This document shows positions 1 to 11,445 of a stretch of DNA of 64,000 bases, one piece after another. Origin of the DNA: Hypanus sabinus (lineage: Eukaryota). The position numbers were made by a program, and so were the translations under genes. How positions within the stretch are numbered: position 1 is the first letter of the stretch; every line of letters starts with the position of its first letter. The notes beneath the pieces are model-generated. The model was given only the letters and a program-made list of their open reading frames with translations, made no database searches and was not told the DNA's origin. Where the stretch lies: positions 110,670,001 to 110,734,000 of the forward strand of contig NC_082718.1 in the NCBI RefSeq assembly GCF_030144855.1, written 5' to 3'.

Positions 1-1049
1 ACTACAGAATTACTGGGTTACTATGGTGAGAGAGGTGGAGTTATTTGATGGACAATGAATACCAGTTCGTGGCTTGTTTTGACAAGCAAGGTCAGATGAC
101 TTTCACATAGACACATATAGTCAGATTGGAGATGGTTCCGGTCAATGAAAGACACCAGTCAGTTGGGTTGCTGGTTTAAACTTTCAGTAGCCCAGAGGGA
201 GTGAGTTGAGATCGATCCAGAGTATTGATAAATGACTCTCACAAGTGCTACAACTAGAAGAAGTTTGCAGAGAGAGAGGAGAGGAAGGTTTGAAACAGAA
301 GAAACCTGGTGACAAAGAGATCATTGTTTGGACTCTCTCTCCAAGTAGCCTGCAAGGGTGAGTTTGATTCCATTTGAACACGAAAATGTGATTGTCACAT
401 AGTTAATCCACAGGAGTGGGTTCTCTGGTGAGGGGAAACCTTTGTGAATACCACGTGTGTGTTTAACTTTGTCTGAGTGTGGTATTTCACTGAAGAAGGC
501 ACCCCTGTGGCAAATCACTGTTGGAGTTATTTCGTATGTTGTGGAACTAGATAAGTGCCTATCACGTTGTGTGGTTGGATAACCTTGTGGAATCTACCGG
601 TGTGTCTACCCTTTCCTGGGTGGTAGTTTTCCCTGGAAGAGGGTCCCCTTTGTGATAAGCTACTGTTGGTGATAATCCATACACGGATTCTGTTTGAGTA
701 TCCTGTGGCCACCACTTTGGGATGTCCCGTAGCTGAATTCGGGTGTGGTACTACTTGTGTTGAAAGGACATTCGTTGAAGATCACTGTCAGTGATACTTC
801 GTGTGTGGAGTGGAACAACTTCAGAGATAAAACCTACTGCTATTGTTATCTTGTAATGCTGTTGTGGGATCTGTGAAATATCGACCTAATTGCCTTCTCA
901 CAACATTTGCTTTGGATTACAAATATCTCACATTAATTAACCTGGGTTTTGAACTGAACTTTCTTACATACCATCGTAAGACTATACCTCTTACCACCTG
1001 AGTTTGAATGAGTTTGCTGATACTGTTACAAGGTTATGTGTATGTAACA
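1..1049. mobile_element. Probable LTR-retrotransposon LTR (solo, left end outside window)
   Basis: About 1 kb non-coding block with internal degenerate repeats (atcactgt..g.tat/cttcgt at ~513 and ~781). Ends in TGTTACA/TGTAACA (1024-1049), directly followed by a CR1 3' end. No PBS, PPT or TSD visible. Confidence 0.35.
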
Positions 1050-1150
1050 GGGGTGAGGGTCAGATTGATTTTAGAGTAGGTTAAGATGTTGGCTCAACAT
1101 TATGGGCCTAAGGGCCTGTACTGTGCTGTAGTGTTTTATGTTCTATGTCT
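1050..1150 (+). mobile_element. CR1 LINE 3' terminus
   Basis: gattgattttagagtagg...gggcctaagggcctgtactgtgctgtagtg..tatgttctatg matches the 3' ends of the RT-bearing CR1 copies in this window (e.g. 17950-18047). Confidence 0.75.
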
Positions 1151-1590
1151 ACATGAAATACTGAGATAGACAGAGAAGTGCTTTTGATTTGCTTTATTTT
1201 TGATCACCCATAGAGTGATAATATTATTGTACAAGCTCCAAAAATCATTAAGTGTTGAAAACAATGCCCGCAGGAAGATCACTAGTTTCACAAACTGTTT
1301 GGTAATAAAAAGTGAACAGGTGCTGGGAAGCTTTAATTTTTTTTTATCTCCCATCTGGTATGCTAGGCATTGCCAATGTGTAATTGCCTCAAAACTATTT
1401 TTCCGTTTGAAGCTTCATTGAAGCTAAAAGTTTAAGACCGACCACCTGGAATGTATCACAGAAATAATGTTAGAAATATTGTAATATTAAAGGTTGTATC
1501 AGACAGGTGACACAGATACCAGGTGGGGAGGGGATCTTCAGGTGAGGAGAGACAAATGCAAAGTCTCAGATCAAAGCAGTAAGAATAACT

Positions 1591-2256
1591 ATCATCCTTC
1601 AACAACCACTCCTGTCTCAGTCCACCAATCATCCCTCATCCGTTTCATCACTCAACATCCCCTCCTGCTTCTGTCCACCAATCATCCCTCATCCATTTCA
1701 TCCCTCAACATCCCCTCCTGCTTCAGTCCACCAATCATCCCTCAACATCCCCTCCTGCTTCAGTCCACCAATCATCCCTCAACATCCCCTCCTGCTTCAG
1801 TCCACCAATCATCCCTCAACATCCCCTCCTGCTTCAGTCCACCAATCATCCCTCATCTGCTTCATCACTCAACATCCCCTCCTGCTTCTGTCCACCAATC
1901 ATTCCTCATCTGTTTCATCACTCAACATCCCCTCCTGCTTCAGTCCACCAATCATCCCTCAACATCCCCTCCTGCTTCAGTCCACCAATCATCCCTCATC
2001 CGTTTCATCACTCAACATCCCCTCCTGCTTCAGTCCACCAATCATCCCTCAACATCCCCTCCTGCTTCAGTCCACCAATCATCCCTCATCTGTTTCATCA
2101 CTCAACATCCCCTCCTGCTTCAGTCCACCAATCATCCCTCATCTGTTTCATCACTCAACATCCCCTCCTGCTTCAGTCCACCAATCATCCCTCATCCGTT
2201 TCATCACTCAACATCCCCTCCTGCTTCAGTCCACCAATCATCCCTCATCTGTTTCA
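1591..2256. repeat. Two-unit minisatellite: six 37-bp and eight 53-bp units plus a partial unit
   Basis: 37-mer atcatccctcaacatcccctcctgcttcagtccacca; the 53-mer adds tcatc(c/t)gtttcatcac. Unit order S L L S S S L L S L S L L L. Confidence 0.97.
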
Positions 2257-2261
2257 AACAT

Positions 2262-2555
2262 TAGCTTTATTTATCACATGCACATTGAAACATACATTGA
2301 AATGTGTCAATTTGCTTCAATGACCAACCCAATGATCCTTGCAAATGATACCAACAAGGATGTGCTGGGGACAGCCCACGAGTGTTGGCATGCTTTCAGC
2401 ATGCACACAACTTATTAACCCTAACCCCTTCAACGTTGGAATGCAAAAGATAACTGGGGCACCCGAAGGATAACTGGGGAGAACAAACAGGCAGCTGCAA
2501 GAATTGAACCTCAATCACTGGTGCTGTACAGTGTTGTGCTAACTGATATGATAGT
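2262..2555 (-). mobile_element. Degenerate V-SINE-type element
   Basis: Resembles the clearer copy at 47870-48190 (tttatt.atcacatg.aca..gaaacata; ggaatg..gg.acccgaagga..; gaattgaacc B-box complement). Confidence 0.55.
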
Positions 2556-2726
2556 GTATTTCCTTTTGCCAATTTATATTGGCTATCTCCTCTCCACTAC
2601 CAGTCCCAATGTTGAGTTTCAACCCAAAATGTCAACAGTTCCTTTTACTTATCAGATGCTGCTTGACTTGCTATGTGCCGCAGTAAGAATGCCCTGGTCA
2701 GACAACTTTCAAATCATTACCAAGTT

Positions 2727-2973
2727 GATGATGATGACGCCAACTCAGGCCAGAGAGGCCAGCGTCGGGCATTTTCCTGCCTTACAAGGCGCGGAACGAA
2801 AGATTGTGTGGCGCGTCACTCCTCACACGGTCATTTCACAGTATTTTTCTTTATTTTACTCAACACTCAACCCGGCATGGAGGAAAGCGTACTCGGGAAT
2901 GGCCTGATTGGATTTGAACCCGGGAACCTCCGTTCCGGAGTCCGGCTCTGATGTCAATGCACCACCAGCTGGC
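2727..2973 (-). mobile_element. Young tRNA-derived SINE with (CAT)n tail
   Basis: Minus strand starts gccagctggtggtgcattg, has B box gggttcaaatcc, and ends ggcgtcatcatcatc. CpG-rich. Degenerate TSD taccaagtt/taaccaggtt. Confidence 0.75.
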
Positions 2974-3444
2974 CTAACCAGGTTCCTAATAATAAATTAC
3001 AGCTATTTTCAGAAGATACCTAGCTTTTAGTTCCCTTCTTTCTGTCTCTGTCCCTTTATTTGGATTCTGAGACTATATTTGCAACCTTGCAATCCAAGGG
3101 GACCCAGGGATTCCTAGCACTGACTGATCAGTTTGGACGGTCTTGAAGAAACCATAAATGAAAGTGGCTTCCAGTGACTAGAGAAACTGCATTATTGATG
3201 TGATATGCAGTCAAAGAAGAGGTTATGGATCAAAGACATTTTTATAAAGTTAGGCAGCAATGAAGGAAAACAACTAAAGTGAAAGATTTAAAAAATATCA
3301 AATATCAGGATTATAAAAACAACCTGTGTATCAGCCACCTACCACTTCTTGATGAAAGACCCAGGTCCGTAAGCCTATCCTCATGGCCAAGAGCCCTTTG
3401 GTTGAGAATTATTTTGCTGTCTTTCTTCCATAAGGCCCCAAGTT

Positions 3445-3670
3445 GAGACATAGAATAAACATTAGGCCATTTGGCCCATTGACAATGACTGCTCCATCAT
3501 TTATTCCCTCCCACCTTCTCTCCATAATGCTTAACTCCCTTACCAGTAAAGAACCTGTCAATCTCTGCCTTAAATACATCCAATGACCTAGACTCCACAG
3601 CCCTCTAAGCCAACAGATTTACCACCATTTTGTTGAAGAAATTCCTTTTCATCTCTGTTCTACAGGTAAA
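3445..3670 (-). mobile_element. CR1 3' fragment
   Basis: ggccatttggccc...ctctgccttaaatacatccaatgacc...gaagaaattcc; same family as the 3' end of 26912-28170. Confidence 0.7.
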
Positions 3671-4409
3671 TCTCCTGATATCCAGCAAATTTCCTAATCC
3701 TCAAGCACTTGTTGTCAAGAGGTGGTTGTGTGTATTCACAGGAGATGAAGGTGAATAGAACGCCCAGAGTAATCATTCTAAACAGTACTGTGGCTCATCT
3801 AATATTTCACTATTAGCATCATGATAATGACTTGATTATTCTTGCATTGACCACTTGAGTGAGTAAACAATGCATAAACCAGCTATTGACTTTCCAACAT
3901 ATTGCTTTGGGTCATCATAACACACAGGAGTAGAACTCACTCATTTGGCTTACTGTGTCTGCTCAGCCATTCAGTCATGGCTGATTTATTCTGACTTAAA
4001 TCAAAGGATAAATTTAAACATTCATAATATAGCTTTAATTATGCATGGACCAAATCTAAGTCTATTTTCTGGAAATCTCAATACCTAGCAGAGCTACTTG
4101 CAATGATTTTGACTTGCGCATCTCTGTGTTTTCATCCAGAATAAACTTGCCATTCTTCTTTGTGGGTAGTTGCTGGACTAAAAGCTGGCAGGAGTGTGGT
4201 TGCCAAAAAGCCTCCTTCGATGCTGTTATAATTTTCTGATTCTATAATTCAGATCCAAGCAAACTGGTGATAAATATGAAGAGAAGGGAATCATAGTTTG
4301 ATCTGAACCTGAGTAAAAGAGTTTGGAAAAATTAAGAGCTTCACCATGGAACAAATTGTAGCCCAAGCAAATGCCATGTTTCCAAGTTACATGCTATAAA
4401 TTGAGCTTC

Positions 4410-4690
4410 AAATCTGCCTTGTGTTTTATTTCAGACTGCCTCGAGAGCTCCAGGTCTGTTTCGGATTTTGTAGCCCTGCCCCAAATGATCTGCCTCGTGC
4501 TTTTTCAGATTTGCCTTGGGAACATCAGAACTGCTCTGGATTTCCCAGAACTGCCTTGAACTCCAGGCCTGCCTTGTGTTTTTTTGGACTGGCCTTGGTA
4601 ACACCAGATCTGTTCTGGAGTTTCTAGTGCTGCTTCAAGCTCGAGGTCTGCTTTGTGTTTTTCAGACCTGCCTCAAGTGCTCCTGGGGGC
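4410..4690. repeat. Degenerate tandem repeat, ~76-80 bp period, ~3.5 copies
   Basis: ctgc(c/t)t(t/c)gtg(t/c)tttt recurs at ~4412, 4488, 4568 and 4647, each followed by related sequence. Confidence 0.7.
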
Positions 4691-5955
4691 TTGGAGAGGT
4701 GGGGGAGGAATTTACTGCCATGAGCCCTGTGGCTTGCCATAGAGGGTTGAGCTTCTGGAGTTTCTAAGCACATATATTTACTAAACAATATCTTAACTAG
4801 AATTGTTAAGCCCTTGTGATTTTGTTTAATCTTGTCAAGTTAAATGTAACAGGCATATGTTTTCTGCATTCTATGATTATTTAAAGATGTCACATTCAGT
4901 ACCTCGGTGGGGTCATTGTATCAGAGAGGATGAATTACCTCTTGGTGTCACTCTGTCACTCTTCTGAGGCTCTGATTTCAGTGCTTAGCCTCTTGTTACC
5001 GTTTCTTCCTGGGGACTGTGCCGTTTCTCCACACCTGGGTCTAATCCTTTGTGAGTGCACCATGACACACTCAGCTCACAGCTTTGTGGGTTGGAGCAAT
5101 CCAAGAGCTCAAACAGGTAATGATTCAAAGCATTTTCAGGAAGTGATTTCCCACCACCCTCCAGGTGTGTCTAACTTTCTTCTAGCCCTTCTCATTTCTT
5201 TCCAATTGCCTGAAGAACTTGTCTCCTAATTATTGATGCAGATAAATCAGCCCATACATCGAAGTAGTAATAAGTAAGCAGAATACAGAATATAGTGTAG
5301 CAGCAGCAGAAAATGAAGTATGGTAAAGAAATGAAATACAAAGTTCTTGATGTGCTGAATTAGGAAATCAAGAGTAATAAGCTAGAGAGAGAATGACTGG
5401 ATTGTGTGGGGTATTTGATTATGCTGCCTGGTTTACTGAGGCAGTGAGAAGTACAGTATAGATAAAATCAATGGCTGGTTTGTGTGATGGACTGGGCTGT
5501 GGTCACAACTCCCTGCAATTTCTTACAGTCAATGTTAAAATAATAAGATTAATTTAAAAAAAAACATTTGCATAAAGTAATTTATTTACTGCAGTAAAAG
5601 TAGCTGAAAGCGATCGATCAAAAAATAAAGTCATAGATAGCACCCAAACTCAGGATTTAACCAGGAACACTGGGGCTTTGAGTCAGCAGGATTGGCAACA
5701 TCTGCTCAACGACCTCATCAGCATACAACCTCATCAGAAACGGTCTCCCAGTCTGAATAGGGTCTAACCAATATATAGAAGGCCACACCGGGAGCACCGG
5801 ACGCAGTGAGACCCGACGCAGACTGGGAGACCATTTTGCTGAACACCTACGCTCTGTCCACCACAGAAAGCAGGGTCTCCCAGTGGCAATACATTTTAAG
5901 TCCATGTCCCATGCCCATTCTGATATGTCTATCCATGGCCTCCTCTACTGTCAAG

Positions 5956-6906
5956 TTAAGTTGGTTTTTATTGTCATTTCAACCATAACTGCTGGTACAG
6001 TACACAGTAAAAACGAGACAACCTTTTTTAGGACCATGGTGCTACATGAACAATACAAAATCTGCACTGAACTACGTAAACCAACACAAAAACTACACTA
6101 GACTACAGACCTACCCAGGACTGCATAAAGTACACAGAACTGTGCAAGCATTACAATAAATAATAAACAAGACAATAGGCACAGCAGAGGTCAGTAGGGC
6201 GGTAGTTTGATGGCTTGGGGGAAAAACTGTTACATAAATAATCAGCTAAATGGCGGTGTCTGGGATTCCGTCCGTTTCTGTACTCCCACCGAGTATTTCG
6301 TTGCCACAGATGTGGTCCAATTTAATGTCCATTTGAGAGCAGAATAGACGGGAGAGCCGGCCGGCTAGGGCTTGCTATTTTCCGGCATGGACTCCTGCCC
6401 ACTTGCCTCACTTCCGCTTCCTTGCACGCCGCTTACGCAGTTCCCACCTCCGGCCACCGGCATGAGGCGACTCTGAGGACTGCAGGCCCGATTCCCTCAG
6501 CAGGCAGACATTGGAGAGCAGAATGGACGGGAGAGTTGGCCGGCTAGGGCTTACTTTTTTCCTGCCATGGACTCCTGCCCGCTCGCCTCGCTTCCGCTTC
6601 CTCACACACCGCCTACGACGTCCCCAACTCCAGCTACCAGCATCAAGCGACTCCGAGGACTGCAGGCCCAATTCCCTGAGCAAGCCGAGGTCGCACAATC
6701 TACCCAGCAGATTTTCCTGAAGGTTTGTTTTTGGTCGAACTCTGTATCGTAGCAGTGACTGGCGTTGGTAGATAGTCACTCTGTTATCAATTGCCCTAAA
6801 CCCTAATTGTGCCTTAAAATAAAATTTTAATTTAAGATTAAATTTTAAAAACTAAATTAAAGTAGTACCTGATCTGAAAGGCCGTTGCTGCCGTGTGCCG
6901 CGCTGC
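5956..6906 (-). mobile_element. Non-autonomous, internally deleted Rex1/Babar-type LINE (5' end plus 3' end)
   Basis: TSD ctactgtcaag (5945-5955) / ctaatgtcaag (6907-6917). Encodes RKRKRGERAGVHGRKKVSPSRPTLPSILLSNV, the N-terminus typical of Rex1 ORFs. 3' end aataaaaaccaacttaa. Internal 179-bp duplication. Confidence 0.8.
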
Positions 6907-7345
6907 CTAATGTCAAGATGAAGCCACGCTCAGGAATACACTCTTATATTCCGCCTGGGTAGCCTCCAACCTGATGGCATGAACATTGATTTCTCTAACT
7001 TCCGTTAATGCTCCTCCTCCCCTTCTTATCTCATCCCTTATTTATCTATCTATCTACTTATTTATTGTTTCTCCCCCTCCCCTTTTTTTCTTTCCTTTTC
7101 TTTTCTCTGTCCCTCTCACAATCACTCTTTGCCTGTTCTCCATCTCCCTCTGGTGCTCCCCTCCCCCTTTCCTTCTCCCTAGGCCTCCAGTCCCATGATC
7201 ATTTCCCTCCTCCAGCTGTGTATCCCTTTTGCCAATCAACTTTCCAGCTCTTACCTTTCTCCCTCCCCCTCCTGTCTTCTCCTGTCATTTTGGATTTCCC
7301 CCTCCAGCTCCCGCTTTCAAATCTCTTACTATCTTTCCTTTCAGT

Positions 7346-7383
7346 TAGTCCTGACGAAGGGTCTCGGCCCGAAACGTCGACTG
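7346..7383 (+). ncRNA. Minimal type-I hammerhead ribozyme of a Penelope-like element
   Basis: tagtc CTGACGA a gggt ctcg gccc GAAA C GTC gactg. Helix I tagtc/gactg; helix II gggt/gccc; loopless palindromic helix III (ACGT); GUC cleavage triplet ending at 7378. Confidence 0.75.
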
Positions 7384-7486
7384 TACTTCTTCCTATAGAT
7401 GCTGCCTGGCCTGCTGTGTTCCACCAGCATTTTGTGTGTTGCTTAAATTTCCAGCATCTGCAGATTTCCTGGTGTTTGCATTTTTA

Positions 7487-8495
7487 AATCCAATGCCATG
7501 TTTAAGATTGTTGATGACACCACTGTTGTAGGCTGAATCAAAGACAGTAACAAATCAGAAGATAAAAGGAAGATTGAAAATCTGGCTGAGTGTTGACACA
7601 ACAACAACCACTCACGCAATGTCAACAAAACCAGGGAGCTGATTATTGACTTCAGGAGAGCGAAACTGAAGGTCCATGAGCCAGTTGTCATTGGAAGATC
7701 AGAAGTGGAGAGGTTCACCAACTTTAAATTCCTCTGTGTTATAATTTCAGAGGACCTATCCTGGGCCCCAGCAATGTAAGTGCAATTACAAAAAAGCACA
7801 GCAGTGCTTCTACTTCCTTAGAAGTTTGTGAAGATTCAGAATATCATCTACAACTTTGACAAGTTTCTACAGATGTGTGGTGGAGAGTACCTTGACTAGT
7901 TGCATCATGACCTGGTATGGAAACACCAATACCTTTGAATGGAAAATCCTATAGAAAGTATCGGACAGGGTCCAGTCCACTACAGTTAATCCCCTCCCCA
8001 CCACTGAATACATCTAAAAGGAATGCTGTTGTAGGAAAACAGCATCCAACATCAGGGACCACTAACACCCAGGCCATGCTGTCATCTCACTCCTGCCATC
8101 AGGAAGCAGGTACTGGAGTCTCAGGGCACACATACAACCAGGCTGAGGAACAGTTATTGCTCCTCAACCAATGGGAATAACCACACTCAACTTCACTTGC
8201 CCCATCACTGAACTATTCCCACAATCTATAGACCTATTTCAAGGACTCTTCATCTTGAGTTCTTGATATTTATTGCTTGCTTGTTTATCTATCTATCTAT
8301 CTATCCATCCATCTACTTATTGATTATTTTCTCTTATTTGAACAGTTTGTTGTCTTTTGCACATTGGTTCTTTGCCTATCATGTTAGGTGTGGTCTTTCA
8401 TTGATTCTACACTACTTCTTGGATTTATTGAGTACACCTGCAAGAAAATGATTCTCAGAGTTGACTATGGTGACATAAATATACTTCGATAATAA
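7487..8495 (+). mobile_element. Rex1/Babar-type LINE, degraded RT 3' half and 3' UTR
   Basis: Broken reading FKIVDDTTVVG..., NVNKTRELIIDFR, VERFTNFKFL; homologous to 58256-59248. Confidence 0.8.
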
Positions 8496-8554
8496 ATTCA
8501 AAATTAATAAACTAGAATAAACTAAAAAATATTTCAGCTTTATACAGTATATTT

Positions 8555-8965
8555 TGGACTATCTATACCTCTTGCTGCCTCAGTAAAGCAGCCAGCATAA
8601 TCCAGACCTCACCCACCTCCAGCATTCTCTCTTCTCTCTCTAATTCACCAGAAGATACAATAGCTTGAAAGCACCCACCATCAGGCTCTAGGACAGCTTC
8701 GATCTCACTGTTACCAGATCCTTGAATGGATCTCTTGTGTGATAAGATAAACTTTTGGCCTCATAATCTACTTTGTTGTGATTTTTACACTTTATCATTT
8801 AACTGCACTGCACTTTTTCAGTGGCTTTACACTTTATGCTGCTTAACTATAGTTAAACTTTATTCTAGCTTAATGCATTGTGTAATGATTTGATTTCCAT
8901 GTACAGTATGCAAGACAAGCTTTTCAATGTTCCTAGATACATGCGACAATAATCAACCAATACCA
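8555..8965 (+). mobile_element. Rex1-type 3' fragment
   Basis: aagcagccagcataat...ggacagcttc...gcaagacaagcttttca...caataatcaaccaatacc; same tail at 34150-34460. Confidence 0.6.
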
Positions 8966-9744
8966 AAACATACAAGTGAACATTTAGGAGACCAGCCTAT
9001 TGGTTTTGTCAGCTACAGGCATCTTTTCCATGTGGGAACTCACTTCACAGTCGCATTTCCACTTGCTTATTGTTAATGTTACAAACAGCACTCAGGAATG
9101 GCACCCTATTGTAACCTGGGGAAACTCCTTATGTCCAATCCCAATGGAATATTTCAATTCCAGACCCATTCATAACTTTCTAAAACTTTTCAGTTTTCTC
9201 TAATCTTTCTTCTCACTTTGCAATCTTTTTCAAATTTTCAGCTGTTTAAGTAAAGAATCTGAGTGCTAAGTGCCAGCACAGTCAGGAAAAATCTGCTTCC
9301 CTTGACACAGATTTGCCTGATGAATTATGCAAACTAACAATCTTCAGTCTATTCCCCACTGGCAACCTGAAGCTGCAAATCTTTCAGCACCTGTGCCCGG
9401 ATCTGCATTCTGCAAGATTTTGGACACATACAGCCAACTGAATCAGTGCCTGGCTGCTGGCAGAACGGTCAGAGCCTGAGCACACATTCTACCAAACTCT
9501 CACATTCCAGCCACTAATTATACCCTCACTGCACCATACCAAGCCCTGCTTGGAGGAATGGATTCTGCAGGAGGTTCAACATGAAATGAAATGTTCCTTT
9601 ACTGATATGCACTTGGAAGATTAATATCCCACTCTCTAAGACTTTCCTAATGGTTTATCTAAGAACTGGAAAGAACTCAAATAATGGAATCCAACACAAA
9701 CTGCTGATAGAGCCAAATAAATTTTAAATGGAAAGAAACCAATC

Positions 9745-11445
9745 ACGAACAAGATAAAATCCGCAGATGCTGTAAATCCAAGCAACACACATAAAATGCT
9801 GGAGGAACTCAGCATCAATGGAGTAGAGTAAACATTCAATGTTTTGGGCCAAGACCCTTCAGCAGTACTGGAGAATGAAAAGATGTGGAGTCAATTAGAG
9901 GGTGAGGGTGAAGGGACAGGGAAGGGAGAAACACAAGGTGATAAGTGAAACCTGGAATGGGAGGGGAAAGGATAAAGCAAAGAGCTGGGAAGTTGATTGG
10001 TAAGAGAGATACAGGCCTGGAGAAGGGGGAATCTAACAAGACAGAACAGAAGGCCATGGAAGAAAGAAAAAGGGGAAGAGTACCAGATGGAGGTGATGGA
10101 CAGGCAAGGAGACCAGGTGAAAGGGAGAAAAGGGGATGGGAAATAGTGAAGGGGCAGGGAGGCGTTACTGGAAATTTGAGAAATTGATGTTAATACCATC
10201 AGGTTGGAGGCTATCCAAATGTAATACAAGGTGGTGCTCCTCCAACATGCCTAAGTGTAGCCTCATCGCAACAGTAGATGTAGCCATGGATTGACTTCAC
10301 AGAATGGGAAGTAGAATTAAAATGGTTGCAAGTGGAACAAGTGCTATACCTGCCTCCACACCTCCTCCCTCACTACCATTCAGGGCCCCAAATATTCCTT
10401 CCATGGGCTCCTCCCATTCAGTTCTTCCAGGTGAGGCAATACTTCATCTATGAGTCTATTGGGGTCATCTACTGTATCTGGTGCACTTGCTGTGGCCTCC
10501 TGTATATCAGTGACACCTGGCATAGATTAGGAGACCATTTTGCCAAGCACCTATACTCCATCCACCAAAAAAAGCAGGATCTCCCAGTGGCCATTCATTT
10601 TAATTCTTTGACCCATTCCGACAAGTCAATCCATGGTCCCTCTATTGCTCCGATGAAGCCACACTCAGGTTGGAGGAGCAACACCTTATATTCTATCTCC
10701 AACCTGATGGCATGAACATTGATTCCTCGAGCTTCTGTAATAGACTCTCTTCCCTTCTGTTCCCATTCCTCTTTCTGTCTCTTACCTCATCTCCTTGCCT
10801 ACCCATCACCTCCCTCTGGTACTCTCCCCCCCCCTCTTCTTCCTTCCATGGCCTTCTGTCCTCTCTTATTAGATTACCCTTTCCAGACTCGTATCTCTCT
10901 CACGAATCAACTTCCTAGATTCCCAGTCCTTTACTTCATCTCTCTCCCTCTATGCTTCACTTATCACCTTGTTTCTCTCTCCCACCCACCCACCCACCTT
11001 CTAAATAGAAACATAGAAAATAGGTGCAGGAGTAGGCCATTTGGCCCTTTGAGCCTGCACCACCATTCAGTATGATCATGGCTGATCATCCAACTCAGAA
11101 CCCTGTACCTGCTTTCTCTCCATACTCTCGACCCCTTTAGCCACAAGGGCCATATCTAATTTCCTCTTAAATATAGCCAATGAACCGGCCTCAACTGTTT
11201 CCTGTGGCAGAGAATTCCACAGGTCCACCACTCTCTGTGTGAAGAAGTTTTTCCTCATCTCAGTCCTAAAAGGCTTCCCTTTATCCTTAAACTGTGACCC
11301 CTCGTTCTGGACTTAAGTAAATCCGACTCATCTTTTTCCTCTAGTCCTGCTAAAGGGTCTTGGCCTGAAATATCGACCATACTCTTTTCCATAGATGTTG
11401 CCAGGCCTGCTGAGTTCCTCCAGCATTTTGTGTGTGTTACTTCAA
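9745..11445. mobile_element. Inverted (tail-out) pair of Penelope-like fragments: minus 9745-10327, plus 10327-11445
   Basis: Plus arm encodes CKWNKCYTC and GVIYCIWCTCCGLLYISDTWHRLGDHFAKHL (Cys-rich region plus GIY-YIG). Minus arm is the reverse complement of the same 3' region. Decayed hammerheads at ~9834-9871 (-) and ~11341-11380 (+). Confidence 0.85.
11005..11314 (-). mobile_element. CR1 3' fragment inserted in the PLE
   Basis: ORF MRKNFFTQRVVDLWNSLPQETVEAGSLAIFKRKLD (CR1 ORF2 C-terminus); (ttctatgt) tail; short taaat duplication. Confidence 0.9.

Larger units (their letters stand above)
5738..7480 (+). mobile_element. 5'-truncated Penelope-like element (GIY-YIG 3' part plus terminus), 5' end inverted, interrupted at 5956-6906
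   Basis: From 5808 it reads ETRRRLGDHFAEHLRSVHHRKQGLPVAIHF, continuing after the insert to LGSLQPDGMNIDFSNFR*. A pyrimidine-rich 3' region and a hammerhead motif follow. Confidence 0.85.

Noticed and set aside
1494-2264. 256-aa ORF
   Set aside because: Artefact of a stop-free minisatellite. Unit lengths of 37 and 53 are not multiples of 3, so the peptide cycles through frames; non-ATG start.
2900-2973. tRNA gene
   Set aside because: A B box is present but there is no cloverleaf; it is the head of a SINE.
6986-7487. Hydrophobic 'membrane protein' ORFs
   Set aside because: They translate the pyrimidine-rich PLE 3' region.
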